Part shown: piece by piece, positions 37,386 to 48,059 of the stretch
Layout of the letters: each line of letters begins with the position of its first letter
Position numbering within the stretch: the stretch's first letter is position 1
The notes under the pieces: model-generated
Databases searched by the model: none
Told to the model about the DNA's origin: nothing
The model's input: the letters and a program-made list of their open reading frames with translations, nothing else
Made by a program: the position numbers and the translations under genes
IMG/VR virus record: IMGVR_UViG_3300006738_005066
Strand: one strand, 5' to 3'
DNA length: 64,000 nucleotides
DNA from: an uncultured virus (IMG/VR IMGVR_UViG_3300006738_005066)
Taxonomy: Duplodnaviria > Heunggongvirae > Uroviricota > Caudoviricetes

Positions 37386-38396
37386 ATGCCAGAATTAAAA
37401 GCAGTACCACGCAAATCCAGCCCGATAATACAGCTGGATGCAATGTGCAGAACAGAGCGCGCCCATTTTGATTTACTGCCTGAGCCAATGCAGGACATTT
37501 TTTTAGGCTCTGGCGGCGCACCTCGCCCCAATTTTGATGTTCCTCGCTATCAACAACTTGATAATGAGAAGGTATACCAGAAAGGTAATGCATTTATAGT
37601 GTTGGGCTTAGACCGGCCCGCAGGCCCTGCGACTGGTTTTGGAGCATACCCCGGCGCAACTCATTGCGCAGCAATTGACATCGTCGCCGGCCGCAAGGGC
37701 TTCTTTGCTAAAAGCCGCGCCTGGCGGTCTGGAAAGCCAAATCTTGTTGATAATGACCTCACTGCGGATGCAGCTCGTATCTATTTAAGCCAAAAGACAG
37801 GCGTTGATCAGCACTTTCGCTTACCTCCCGGGAAAGTTGGCAACAGTACCGACGAGGATCCAAAATCTGCAGTCGCTATAAAAGCTGACAATGTTCGAGT
37901 AATCGCTCGCGAAAATATAAAGCTGGTGACTCGTACAGATGAACTGAATGCGTTGGGCGGCAGGCTGACAAAGGCACTAACTCGGCAGTACGGAATTGAT
38001 CTTATAGCATGTATGGCAGAAGAAGAGCTCCAGCCGATGGTGAAGGGAGAAAACTTGCGCCAACTGTTGCTCATTATACTGGATCAGCTTTCTAAGACCG
38101 TTTCATCATTTACTACGTACACTAGCCAAACGGGCAAATTTCTAGACGCCTTGGCTAAACATACGCATTTTTCCCCCTTTTACGCCAACCAGACATCCCC
38201 AGACTTGCTGACCTCACAGCCAGTTGGCATTAGAACCAAGATCGACAACATTACAAAAGTGGAAGTCGGATCGTTTCTAACACAGAAAGGCTTTCAGGAC
38301 ATTAAAGCAGATTATCTAGAATATAAGGGCGCCGAAACTGTTGATGAGGATAAGAAGGGGTTGCACATTTTGAGTCCCTATAACAGCAACAATTAA
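37386..38396 (+). CDS. putative baseplate spike-related protein
   Basis: Beta-strand repeats IKADNVRVIARENIKLVT and an HxH motif (HTHFSP); SD AAGGAG. Confidence 0.45.
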   Translation: MPELKAVPRKSSPIIQLDAMCRTERAHFDLLPEPMQDIFLGSGGAPRPNFDVPRYQQLDNEKVYQKGNAFIVLGLDRPAGPATGFGAYPGATHCAAIDIVAGRKGFFAKSRAWRSGKPNLVDNDLTADAARIYLSQKTGVDQHFRLPPGKVGNSTDEDPKSAVAIKADNVRVIARENIKLVTRTDELNALGGRLTKALTRQYGIDLIACMAEEELQPMVKGENLRQLLLIILDQLSKTVSSFTTYTSQTGKFLDALAKHTHFSPFYANQTSPDLLTSQPVGIRTKIDNITKVEVGSFLTQKGFQDIKADYLEYKGAETVDEDKKGLHILSPYNSNN

Positions 38397-38407
38397 GAAA
38401 TTTTATT

Positions 38408-41400
38408 ATGGCAAATGCATCTGACTTTTATTTAAGCGCCATCGCCGCAGACAGCACGGGGTATCGTTCTAAAAAAGATAACATTCCATTTTATATTCCA
38501 GATGACGGCAGCGTTAAGGTTAAAACTTTATTTGATAAGTTCGAGGATGTCGCAGACTTCGAAAGCCAATTGGAGCGGATAAAGAATCGTTGCACCAATA
38601 GGATACTTTTGCATTATTTTCCTGATTTTTACATTTTCTATCGCAGCGACATCCGCGACCTTGAGGTCCAGTATACCAACGCCGGAAGACAACTAGAAGC
38701 ATATTATCAGGTACGCCAGGCAATCAAAGCAGCGCTGAATGTGGTTTACTATCGTCCGCATGATTTAATTTTAAGGCGCACCAAAGATGTGGTTTTGGCT
38801 TCTATGCGTCCTCTTCTTGATTTAAGGCTGAATGCTGAAGAAGTGGCAGCATTGAAAGCTTACGTTACATCTGAGGATGTCAATTATAATAAAGTAATGA
38901 GACTAGAGGATCCCATAGGATCTGAAACCATTTTCTATAGTGCCTCTTCCCCCAAAGAACTTAGCGGCGTTCTTGAGGCGCTTGATCTCCTTCCGGATGT
39001 AAATACTTCTTTGGAATTGTTTAACGAGGATGAAGGAATTTCTATTATAGGCGGAAGCACGGTGCTGCAAATTGCTAATCTGATGGAAGACAATGCGACA
39101 GCCACAGAAGGTATGTCCATGTTCCAAACTCAGCTTCTTGGGTTTGAGGGAACACTACCAATCAATTTAGATTTTAACTCAGCACAGAGTACGGTTCTCA
39201 AGGTTCTTAACATGGTGGTTGTTCAGGGTCTAATGAAGGATTTGACGGATGTACAGAACACCGCCCCGGGAGAAAATCTTACGGTTGGGGGCCCCTTCCT
39301 CGATTTTTCTCAGGCCGATACCCTTACGTTATCTTTTGGTAAACGCGCAAACGGCAATAAAGCTATAGCGGGTATAACATATGTGGTGAATCATATTTCA
39401 CAAACCACGCGTCACCTAAAGACGGGTTATTTGACAAATGTGCTTTATAATCCTCAAATGAATGATCCATTGGTTCTTAGTACTTTAAAAAATTATGATG
39501 CGTTGATTCGGGGCATGCGAGATTTTGCTAACTATGATGCGCCGAATTTCTCATTTATGGAGTTTATGAAATCATCAGGCCCGGGCGAATTCGGGATGCC
39601 TTCCAATTTTGTGTGGGATGACTTGCCGCCTCCTCCTCCTCCGGTTAAGAATCCAATCCTTCGCGAAGCGGTACAACAGGGAATTATTGATTTGGGCGAA
39701 ACAGAGGCTCTGGAAAAGGGATTTGTTCTTGCTCTTACGCCCGAAGAGGCCCGTGAATGGAAAACAAAGATTAGAGAAAATCCTGAAGTTTATCGCAAGT
39801 TACGAATGGCGGCCAAAGCAAGAAGTGTGAACACGGCAGTTGAAGTCACAAAAGTAATCACACAAATTTTGAATGGACAAATTCCAGGCCTGAAGGGAAA
39901 TTCTAAATTGGGCATTTTATTGCGCAACATCGGAATTGATGAATTGGCTAAAGAAGCAATGATTTGTGCTACTTTCGGTCTGGCGCCAGCATTTGGCCGC
40001 ATTTCGGGAGCGGTGGGCAATGCCATCAGCACTGTCGGATCACAGATCTATGAACCCCCATCACCTCCTAGCGCCGGAGGCGGTCTTACGGTTCCGAAAC
40101 CACCAGAACTTGACTTCGCACCTTTTACGCTGGATGGAAAATTATGGGATAAAGTATTAAAAGTTATGCTCGATACCTTGATGGAAGGGGTTCTGGAGAT
40201 TGTTAAAGCTCTGGCAGACATCCTTAAAGAATTGTGCAAACTTAATAATCCTCGTGCCGAAGACTATGGAGACACAAACATGTCAGACTTGGTGCAAGAT
40301 AACCTAACCTCGGGCGCCCAAGACCTCCCCAATATTTCAAACAAATCGGCTTTGGATCAAATGCTCGACAACTCCGCCGCAGGCCTTACACAACAGCAAA
40401 TGTGGTTATATTTACAGGATGGGTCAAAGATTCTGAGTTCAATGGAGATTTGTTTTCTTTTTACAAATCAAGTTGAGGTAACTGATGAAACTATTGTTAA
40501 AATTTTAGAATTTAATTTGGCCTATTCGGATAGCACAATTCGAGACAGTTTGAATACGAGAAGCGCAATTCTCGGATTCTTCTATAATCTCAACCGGTTT
40601 GTAGATTTGACTGATTTTTGTAATAAAATAGCTACGGAGCTTTTCCGCGCTAATGTGGATAACATTTGTTTATTGGAGGAAGCGATACCCGATCGTTTAA
40701 CGGATTTGTTGGAGAAAGTTGCCGAAGGCCTCGAACTCGACCATCCGGGCGATCGAATTAATTTGACGTGTCCTTTAAGAGATGATTATATTTCTAATCC
40801 TCTGGTAAGTGATGAAATCCCTGCAATGTTTGATCAGCTCGTTTCGGTGATAGAGCAGGATTTTGTCTTAGGAATTGATGCAGCGCAGCAAATTCTTAAA
40901 GAGCCTCGCGTCACCACAGACCCAGAAACCCAGAAGATGCGCAAGATGCTTGAAGAGACAGGCGTTCTGCAGCAGAGCCCTGAATCCGAGGGCCTGAGTA
41001 ATGTACAGCGGGCAATTTTAGGCACAGTGAAGGATACTTTCACCGGCATTGGTGATGTTCTGGACGACTTAGATGAGCATTGTGACTTGGCAGACATCTT
41101 AGGTGTTGAAGCAGGCGTCGCTCAAGATATTTTCGAGACTGTCGTGGATGTCCTAAAAGAGTTGCTAAACAATCCTGAATTCCAAGATGCAATAAGTGAG
41201 ATAGAGACACGCATTTCGGATCTTTCTACTGCCACGACGGGCCCAGGCGGATCTACTTCGGTATCCACTACGTATGTTTTTCCTCAATCTTTTAAAGATA
41301 AATTTGATGCCTTCCTTTGGCCGCGGCCCAAGTTTCAAACTGAACGAAGAAGATGGATAAAACAAGTGGTGTCAAATAATTTCACCTCAGTGCAGTATCC

Positions 41401-44317
41401 CTCATCTCGCAGCGGCAGATATGAGCCCATAACTCTCAAGTTCGAGTTCCCAATGCCAGTAACTACTCAGTGGATTGCTGATCCTGCCGGGGCGGTCCTT
41501 GGCCCCCGTGCAATCCCTCGTTACTTGCTTCAAAGTACAACACAGTCGGGAGATTCTTTAAATATTACTTTCCCAAAGAAATCCACTATAGTTTCTTCCG
41601 ATACCATGAAGTTGGCAGATGTGACTTTAAAGTCGTCGCTGCTTCCTGCAGAGCCTGCTTCTACCCACCTAGATGTGCCGGGCCCAGTGAACGAGCCTTC
41701 AAATAATCGGGATTGTAATCCTTGTGTTGCCATGTTCAGCGAAGCGCTTCTGCGAGAGCAGGAGCCGAGGACAATAGACAACCGCATGAAGCGACTCTTT
41801 GATACTGTTTTATTTCCGTCCGCTTATGCGGGCCAAGTGGAGGCGACTTTTAATTTTATTTCACAAAATGGAATTTTCAACACCGAGCGCCTCGACTCGT
41901 TAAATTTCTTTTATGATAATACCAATTGTCTTCCGGAAAATGTAGCGGATTTATTAGATGTTGACATGATTTTGGCCGACCTGCAAAAAGAAATGTTAGA
42001 TTCTTTATGTTATGACGATGACGCAGGTCCTAATCCCATGGGCTCGAAAATAAGAGATGTAATTCGGTATGGCATGTTTTTGCTCCTGATTCAAATTCAC
42101 GTGGCCCAGTTCATAATTAAAAACATTTTTGTTTTCGCTGCTTTTGAAATTGATGAAATTTTAGAGCTCCCTACTGTCAAGGCTTTTATGGCCACCACTA
42201 TTCGTGACGAAACCATACGCATAGTTCAGTCCTATCCGATGGTACGCACCAAAATGGTAGAGTTCTTTAATAAGAAAATCAAAAGACGCACGGTTGTAGC
42301 TGCTGGAGGCATCACAAATGTTTTGGGCGAAGTTGTTTTTCCGGCTGGAACAGTATTTGATGGTACTGATTTTGACGCTATTGTGGAATTTCTTGCTGGC
42401 GAACGCATTCTTCGATCTCGGGGTACTGTATCCAATGCAGTAAAGAGATCTTCAGATCTTACTAACCCTAAAAGCTTCGACCGCGCTTTCGTGGAAGACG
42501 TCCTTACGGTACAGCCAGCATGGTTTAATGGCTGGGCCCTGGGCGCCGACGGCGCAGCCTCCGAGAATCGTCCAATTACAGTTAAGCATAGTGACGGCAG
42601 CCTTGGAACTTACCGGTCTCCGTGGGGTGAACTGATCTATCGAGGAGGCAACCCGCGTGGGCGCTCAGCCAAAGCCCGGGTCCAGGCACATTCAGATGCG
42701 GTCGCACGTAATTTGGGTGCGCAGACGCTGAGTTATGGCAAACTAGTATTGGAAAGAAGGGTGGTGTGGGATGCAGTTCGGAACAGAAGCAGCCGGATGC
42801 CGACGCCGAGGATTATTGATAACACCACCGGTAAGCAAGCTGGACTAGAACTTAACTTGTTTGCAAATGTAATTTATAATCCCTACTGGCGCAAGTCTAT
42901 TAATTATACGGAACTCTTTCCTGAGCTAGAGTTTACAAATTTGCGCGTTAAATATGACATAGTTTATTATGCCCCCGAGAGCATGACCTCTGCGCGCGGA
43001 GAAGAAGATGAGATTATATCTTTTAACGGCCGCGGCATACGTAGACATGCCTATAAGCACCAATCTTTGACACTGGACAGTCATCGTACTTTGCGCCGTT
43101 TCGTTTTGGCGACATTAGATGGGGAATTGCCTCTAGCGGGCCACATTCATACCAATCATCGCGTCGGTGACCAGATAGCACTTCAGAGCCAGCTTGAACA
43201 ATACATGGGCCCCTCATCTCGCGTAACCGACAGTGAGCTTGATTTAATTGTTGGGGACGGTGTGTTTAAGGACTATTTTGATAAAACGTTTGATCGGACC
43301 TTAACCACTTTGGTTCCCATTATGTATAACTTTTATCTTACCACGAAAACTTTCCCTAAAATGGAAGACATTCTTAGAGGACCCAAATTTCGATGTATTG
43401 AAATTTTTATGGACGCCACCCTTAGCGAAAATGCTATAGTAAAAGAGCCTCGCCAATCACCTCAAGCGGAGGCTGCAGCCCTCCGAGGACCCGCTCAAGA
43501 TCTTGATTTAGGAGACTTCAAGACATCTATAATGGACTTCATTTTGAAGATGCTAATTGAGACACCTATTGAAATTTTGAAAGGTGTTGCCAAAACTATG
43601 GATCCCCATGTGGGTATCTCAGAAATCATACGTCAAGTTAGTGCGTTCGCTTTTCAGATAGCTGCTCAGTTTCTTGACCAGGCACCCCCAATCGTTTTGA
43701 TCCGGGAAGGAGGCCCACCCTCTACTCCGCCGGACGGCGAACCTGGCTCGGGGCCCCCGATGCCTCCGCCGCTAGCGCCCGGGTTGTCGGGAGAGAACGT
43801 ATTAAAATTACTGTTTTGTCTGTTGGCGGTCGTCACAAAAGCAGCCAATTCTGGATTTATACTGGGAACAGGAAACCGATCTCAGGACGACGCCTTGCGC
43901 TTGCCAGCGCCTGATTCAGATAACTTTTTGGGCACAGGACCCCTTGGGGTAGGCGGCGCGATGGTTATCGGCAACCCCATGTGGAATCATGATGCTAATA
44001 GATTAGCAGGACCATTTGAAACTGGAGACCACATTAGGCTGCGCTATAGCGAGGGCCAAAACGACCCGCGAGATCTTAGAAACAAGATTCCCGAAGAACT
44101 AAAAGATAAGGTGTTGCCGAAGATTACTATTAAGGGAGTTGATTTTACTGGTACGTTATTGGGTATCTTAATGGCCCCTCCAGGTCCGTTTGGAATTATA
44201 TATCTGCTGTTAATGTTACTTGGAAAAGAACTCGAAGATCTTCTCGACGAAGAGGGCACCGAAGCCGGGGCCAATACAACCGATGTTTCTGAGGAAGAAA
44301 GCGCAAGTGAGTGTTAA
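38408..44317 (+). CDS. large virion-associated protein (1969 aa)
   Basis: Long ORF in the baseplate module; Pro-rich linkers; hydrophobic C-terminal segments. Confidence 0.6.
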   Translation: MANASDFYLSAIAADSTGYRSKKDNIPFYIPDDGSVKVKTLFDKFEDVADFESQLERIKNRCTNRILLHYFPDFYIFYRSDIRDLEVQYTNAGRQLEAYYQVRQAIKAALNVVYYRPHDLILRRTKDVVLASMRPLLDLRLNAEEVAALKAYVTSEDVNYNKVMRLEDPIGSETIFYSASSPKELSGVLEALDLLPDVNTSLELFNEDEGISIIGGSTVLQIANLMEDNATATEGMSMFQTQLLGFEGTLPINLDFNSAQSTVLKVLNMVVVQGLMKDLTDVQNTAPGENLTVGGPFLDFSQADTLTLSFGKRANGNKAIAGITYVVNHISQTTRHLKTGYLTNVLYNPQMNDPLVLSTLKNYDALIRGMRDFANYDAPNFSFMEFMKSSGPGEFGMPSNFVWDDLPPPPPPVKNPILREAVQQGIIDLGETEALEKGFVLALTPEEAREWKTKIRENPEVYRKLRMAAKARSVNTAVEVTKVITQILNGQIPGLKGNSKLGILLRNIGIDELAKEAMICATFGLAPAFGRISGAVGNAISTVGSQIYEPPSPPSAGGGLTVPKPPELDFAPFTLDGKLWDKVLKVMLDTLMEGVLEIVKALADILKELCKLNNPRAEDYGDTNMSDLVQDNLTSGAQDLPNISNKSALDQMLDNSAAGLTQQQMWLYLQDGSKILSSMEICFLFTNQVEVTDETIVKILEFNLAYSDSTIRDSLNTRSAILGFFYNLNRFVDLTDFCNKIATELFRANVDNICLLEEAIPDRLTDLLEKVAEGLELDHPGDRINLTCPLRDDYISNPLVSDEIPAMFDQLVSVIEQDFVLGIDAAQQILKEPRVTTDPETQKMRKMLEETGVLQQSPESEGLSNVQRAILGTVKDTFTGIGDVLDDLDEHCDLADILGVEAGVAQDIFETVVDVLKELLNNPEFQDAISEIETRISDLSTATTGPGGSTSVSTTYVFPQSFKDKFDAFLWPRPKFQTERRRWIKQVVSNNFTSVQYPSSRSGRYEPITLKFEFPMPVTTQWIADPAGAVLGPRAIPRYLLQSTTQSGDSLNITFPKKSTIVSSDTMKLADVTLKSSLLPAEPASTHLDVPGPVNEPSNNRDCNPCVAMFSEALLREQEPRTIDNRMKRLFDTVLFPSAYAGQVEATFNFISQNGIFNTERLDSLNFFYDNTNCLPENVADLLDVDMILADLQKEMLDSLCYDDDAGPNPMGSKIRDVIRYGMFLLLIQIHVAQFIIKNIFVFAAFEIDEILELPTVKAFMATTIRDETIRIVQSYPMVRTKMVEFFNKKIKRRTVVAAGGITNVLGEVVFPAGTVFDGTDFDAIVEFLAGERILRSRGTVSNAVKRSSDLTNPKSFDRAFVEDVLTVQPAWFNGWALGADGAASENRPITVKHSDGSLGTYRSPWGELIYRGGNPRGRSAKARVQAHSDAVARNLGAQTLSYGKLVLERRVVWDAVRNRSSRMPTPRIIDNTTGKQAGLELNLFANVIYNPYWRKSINYTELFPELEFTNLRVKYDIVYYAPESMTSARGEEDEIISFNGRGIRRHAYKHQSLTLDSHRTLRRFVLATLDGELPLAGHIHTNHRVGDQIALQSQLEQYMGPSSRVTDSELDLIVGDGVFKDYFDKTFDRTLTTLVPIMYNFYLTTKTFPKMEDILRGPKFRCIEIFMDATLSENAIVKEPRQSPQAEAAALRGPAQDLDLGDFKTSIMDFILKMLIETPIEILKGVAKTMDPHVGISEIIRQVSAFAFQIAAQFLDQAPPIVLIREGGPPSTPPDGEPGSGPPMPPPLAPGLSGENVLKLLFCLLAVVTKAANSGFILGTGNRSQDDALRLPAPDSDNFLGTGPLGVGGAMVIGNPMWNHDANRLAGPFETGDHIRLRYSEGQNDPRDLRNKIPEELKDKVLPKITIKGVDFTGTLLGILMAPPGPFGIIYLLLMLLGKELEDLLDEEGTEAGANTTDVSEEESASEC

Positions 44318-44338
44318 TTATAGAGAGGAGAAAAGATA

Positions 44339-44728
44339 ATGACAGGAATCGCACCAAGATTGCCCCTGATGTTAGACAGTGTTGATGGGCCATATGGTCT
44401 TATTACAAGTTATACAGAGCTGGCCACACAAAACCTGAAGATGCTTATGCTGACGAACCCCGGGGAGAGAATGATGAACCCGGATTTTGGGGTCGGCCTA
44501 AAAAGTTATTTGTTCGAACAAAACACCCCTGACCTCCATGCGGCGATTAACGACCGGATCATGTCCCAAGTTAGTCGATATCTAAATTATTTACACATAG
44601 ACAGGGTAGATTTTTCAGTACCTGAAAATAGCCCAGATGTGTATCCTCACACCCTTTCTCTTACAATACATTTCACAATTGTACCGCTACAGACTTCTCA
44701 AACGCTTCAAATTGAGGTTGGCGACTAA
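44339..44728 (+). CDS. baseplate wedge protein, gp25/GPW family
   Basis: QNLKMLMLTNPGERMMNPDFGVGL..YLFE. Confidence 0.9.
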   Translation: MTGIAPRLPLMLDSVDGPYGLITSYTELATQNLKMLMLTNPGERMMNPDFGVGLKSYLFEQNTPDLHAAINDRIMSQVSRYLNYLHIDRVDFSVPENSPDVYPHTLSLTIHFTIVPLQTSQTLQIEVGD

Positions 44729-44747
44729 TTATTAACGGACCTGCGCA

Positions 44748-46544
44748 ATGCCAAAAAAACAACAAGCTATAGACTATACAAGCCGAGACTTTGATTCAAT
44801 TCGAAAAGACCTGGAAGAATACGCCAAAAGGTACTATCCAGATACAATCAAAGATTTCAGTGAAGCATCTTTCGGCGCCCTTATGTTGGACACGGTTGCC
44901 TACATTGGCGACATCTTATCTTTCTATGTAGATTATCAGGCTAACGAGAGCTTTATGGATTCTGCTATTCAATATAGCAATGTGGTTCGTCATGCTCGAC
45001 AATTTGGGTTTCGTCTCCCAGCCAGCCCCTCTTCTTATGGCACGCTGACATTTTATATTAAGGTTCCATCTACAAGCGTCGGCGCGGGCCCAGATCTGGA
45101 CTATGCCCCAGTTCTTAAAGCCGGCTCCGTCTTTGGATCTTCTGGTGGTGGCTCGTATACGCTATTGGAAGATGTTGATTTTTCAGTGGCGACCAATCAG
45201 GTTGTGGCAGGCGAAGTAAGCACAAACACCGGTGATGCCACTTCATACATCATCAGGGCCCTCGGCCGCGCCGTGTCCGGTCATGCTGCTATAGAAGAAG
45301 TTAATGTTGGAGATTTCGAACGGTTTTTAAAGATTCCACTTCGAGTGGCTAATGTTGCAGAAATTTTGAGCGTGGTCGATGCCGAAGGACATGAATATGT
45401 TGAGGTTGATAATCTATCCCAAAATGTGATTTATAAAGCAATCCGCAACACAGACACAAACCGCTCCACTGTTGCCAGTATTCTGAAGGCCGTACCGGTC
45501 GCGCGCCGATTTGTTCTAGAGCAAACTAGTACAGAGTCTTTCTTACAGTTTGGATACAGATCAGACTCAGAACTTATGAGTAATTCGGTCTTGGACCCCA
45601 CTCATCTGATGCTCGACCTTAATGGTAGAGACTACATTACAGATTTAGATTTTGATCCCACTCAATTGATTAGCACTGATAAGTTCGGCGTTGCACCCAG
45701 CAATACTAAGCTTACTATTTCTTATCGTCTCAATAGTAATAGGGACGTTAATGCAGCAGTTAACACTGTCATCAGTGTTCAGAATCCTACTTTTCGTTTT
45801 ATCAACCCGAACGCTTTGTTGAATACGACACGAAACAGCGTCATCAATAGTTTAGAGGTAACTAACGAGGAGCCGTTTGTGGGGAGCATTGCCCTCCCAA
45901 CATCAACAGAGATCAAAGAGCGCTCCCGAAGTTTCTTCGCAACGCAAAATCGGGCGGTTACGGCACAAGATTATCAGGCAATTGTTTACGGCATGCCCGG
46001 GAAGTTCGGCGCGGTACACCGAGCACGTATTATTAAAGATTTTGATGAGTTTAAGCGTAATTTAAATTTGTATGTGATCTCTACTAATACAAGCGGAAAA
46101 TTGATTGCGAGCAACACAACCCTAAAAACAAATGTTAAAAATTGGCTAATGCAGTATAAAATGATTAATGACACCATCGACATTTTAGACGCTGAGATAG
46201 TAAATTTTGGAATAAAGTATCAAGTGACTCTGCAAGCAAATGCTAATCGCTTTTCCGTAATCAGTAGGGCCAATCAGCGCCTAGCCAAGTTTTATGCGTC
46301 GAATGCTTATGACATTGGCGAGGGGATATTAATTTCGGACGTGTATAGGGAGTTGTTAAAGGTGAAGGGCATTTTGGATGTATATGACGTACAGATTGTC
46401 CCCAAGCAGGGCGGAAATTATTCGGAGAGCAATTATGATTTTGATAGTAACCTCTCGGCTGATGGAAGCATGATCAAGGCAGCACAGACAACAATTTTTG
46501 AATTAAAGTTTCCCAACGTTGACATTCAAGGAACGATCAGGTAA
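44748..46544 (+). CDS. baseplate wedge subunit, T4 gp6/J-like
   Basis: IDYTSRDFDSIR, DFSEASFG, LSFYVDYQANESF, QNRAVTAQDY; follows gp25. Confidence 0.85.
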   Translation: MPKKQQAIDYTSRDFDSIRKDLEEYAKRYYPDTIKDFSEASFGALMLDTVAYIGDILSFYVDYQANESFMDSAIQYSNVVRHARQFGFRLPASPSSYGTLTFYIKVPSTSVGAGPDLDYAPVLKAGSVFGSSGGGSYTLLEDVDFSVATNQVVAGEVSTNTGDATSYIIRALGRAVSGHAAIEEVNVGDFERFLKIPLRVANVAEILSVVDAEGHEYVEVDNLSQNVIYKAIRNTDTNRSTVASILKAVPVARRFVLEQTSTESFLQFGYRSDSELMSNSVLDPTHLMLDLNGRDYITDLDFDPTQLISTDKFGVAPSNTKLTISYRLNSNRDVNAAVNTVISVQNPTFRFINPNALLNTTRNSVINSLEVTNEEPFVGSIALPTSTEIKERSRSFFATQNRAVTAQDYQAIVYGMPGKFGAVHRARIIKDFDEFKRNLNLYVISTNTSGKLIASNTTLKTNVKNWLMQYKMINDTIDILDAEIVNFGIKYQVTLQANANRFSVISRANQRLAKFYASNAYDIGEGILISDVYRELLKVKGILDVYDVQIVPKQGGNYSESNYDFDSNLSADGSMIKAAQTTIFELKFPNVDIQGTIR

Positions 46545-48049
46545 TGGCAATTGCAAGATATAGCGCTAGCGCAGATACAACTATTACAAATGCTTTTGAG
46601 GCCGACCTTTCCACGCGTGGCACCGGCTCCAACATGGGCTATGCCGACTCCCTGGAGATTTTTTCTATTTATGGCCAGACCTCAGGATCCAGCCTAGGCC
46701 AGTCTCAAGAACTATCCCGTGCGTTAATTAAGTTTCCGATATCTCAGATTAGTGCAGATCGCACGGCTGGTACGCTACCCGCTAGCGGCAGCGTTGCATT
46801 TTATTTACGCATGCACAACGCACAGCACCCTTTTACGCTTCCTCAAGATTTTAATCTAGTGGTCACCCCTGTCTCGATGTCCTGGAACGAAGGCACCGGC
46901 CTCGACATGGATGAGTATCAAGATTTAGGAACTGCCAATTGGATTTCTGCTAGTAGTGGGGTTCCCTGGGATTCTATTGGCGGGGATTATCTTTCTGCGG
47001 CAAATGGAGCTGTCGATTATAATGTATACTTTGGGCAGGGCTGGGAAGACATCGATCTCGACGTTACTCATACCGTGGAGCAGTGGATTGCAGGAACACA
47101 CTCTAATCATGGTTTTGGAGTTCATCTAACAGCAAGTCAAGAAGCCTACTTTTCTAGTTCTACTGGCGCCGATACTTCTGTCTTAATCGACAATACCGGT
47201 GGGGCTAAAGATTCTTATTATACTAAGAAATTTTTCGCTCGATCCAGTCAATTTTTCTTTAAGCGGCCACACATTGAAGCCCGCTGGGACTCGCGAGTTC
47301 AAGATGACAGGGAGAACTTCTATTATTCTAGTTCTTTGGCGCCGGCCGACGATAACCTTAATACTCTCTATTTGTATAACTACATTAGAGGACGATTGGT
47401 AGATATCCCAGCTGTCGGTACCAACAACATTCTGGTGTCCATTTATTCTGGCTCGACGGCACCCACAGGATCGAAATTAACCCTGTATGATGGCAACACC
47501 AACATCACCGGTGGCCATGTAAGCACCGGGATTTATTCGGCATCCGTCGCGCTCACTGCTGCAGCCACTCCTCTTTTAGTAGTGTTTGACATGTGGCACA
47601 GTTCTAGCGTACAATATTTCACCGGATCGATCTACCCCGAGAAGATGCCAACTTATTCTGCTGCGCCGACGTTTACTAAGGTCACGACATGTTCGAACCT
47701 TAAAAAATCATATTTACCATCAGAAAAGGCCCGGTTTAGGTTTTTTATTCGAGATCGCAACTGGAATCCAACAATCTATGTTAAGGCGACTGCCAATAAT
47801 CCCACAGACATTATAACCAGCGCATCTTATTCTATTACGCGTGTCACGGATAATTATCCGGCGATTCCATTTGGTACAGGGTCCCATTTGAGTACATATA
47901 CGTCGTACGATAAGGATGGAAACTATTTTGATCTTGACATGTCGCTTCTAGAATCGGGATACATGTATCAAATTAGTTTAGCCTATTATAACGATAGCAT
48001 AGCGGACTGGCAAGTACAGCCTCAAACATGGAAATTTAGAGTTGATTGA
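46544..48049 (+). CDS. virion structural protein (baseplate/tail), Ser/Thr/Gly-rich
   Basis: Coupled to the gp6-like gene (TAATG); beta-rich; WNEGTG and DIDLDVT motifs. Confidence 0.6.
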   Translation: MAIARYSASADTTITNAFEADLSTRGTGSNMGYADSLEIFSIYGQTSGSSLGQSQELSRALIKFPISQISADRTAGTLPASGSVAFYLRMHNAQHPFTLPQDFNLVVTPVSMSWNEGTGLDMDEYQDLGTANWISASSGVPWDSIGGDYLSAANGAVDYNVYFGQGWEDIDLDVTHTVEQWIAGTHSNHGFGVHLTASQEAYFSSSTGADTSVLIDNTGGAKDSYYTKKFFARSSQFFFKRPHIEARWDSRVQDDRENFYYSSSLAPADDNLNTLYLYNYIRGRLVDIPAVGTNNILVSIYSGSTAPTGSKLTLYDGNTNITGGHVSTGIYSASVALTAAATPLLVVFDMWHSSSVQYFTGSIYPEKMPTYSAAPTFTKVTTCSNLKKSYLPSEKARFRFFIRDRNWNPTIYVKATANNPTDIITSASYSITRVTDNYPAIPFGTGSHLSTYTSYDKDGNYFDLDMSLLESGYMYQISLAYYNDSIADWQVQPQTWKFRVD

Positions 48050-48059
48050 TAATTAGGAC

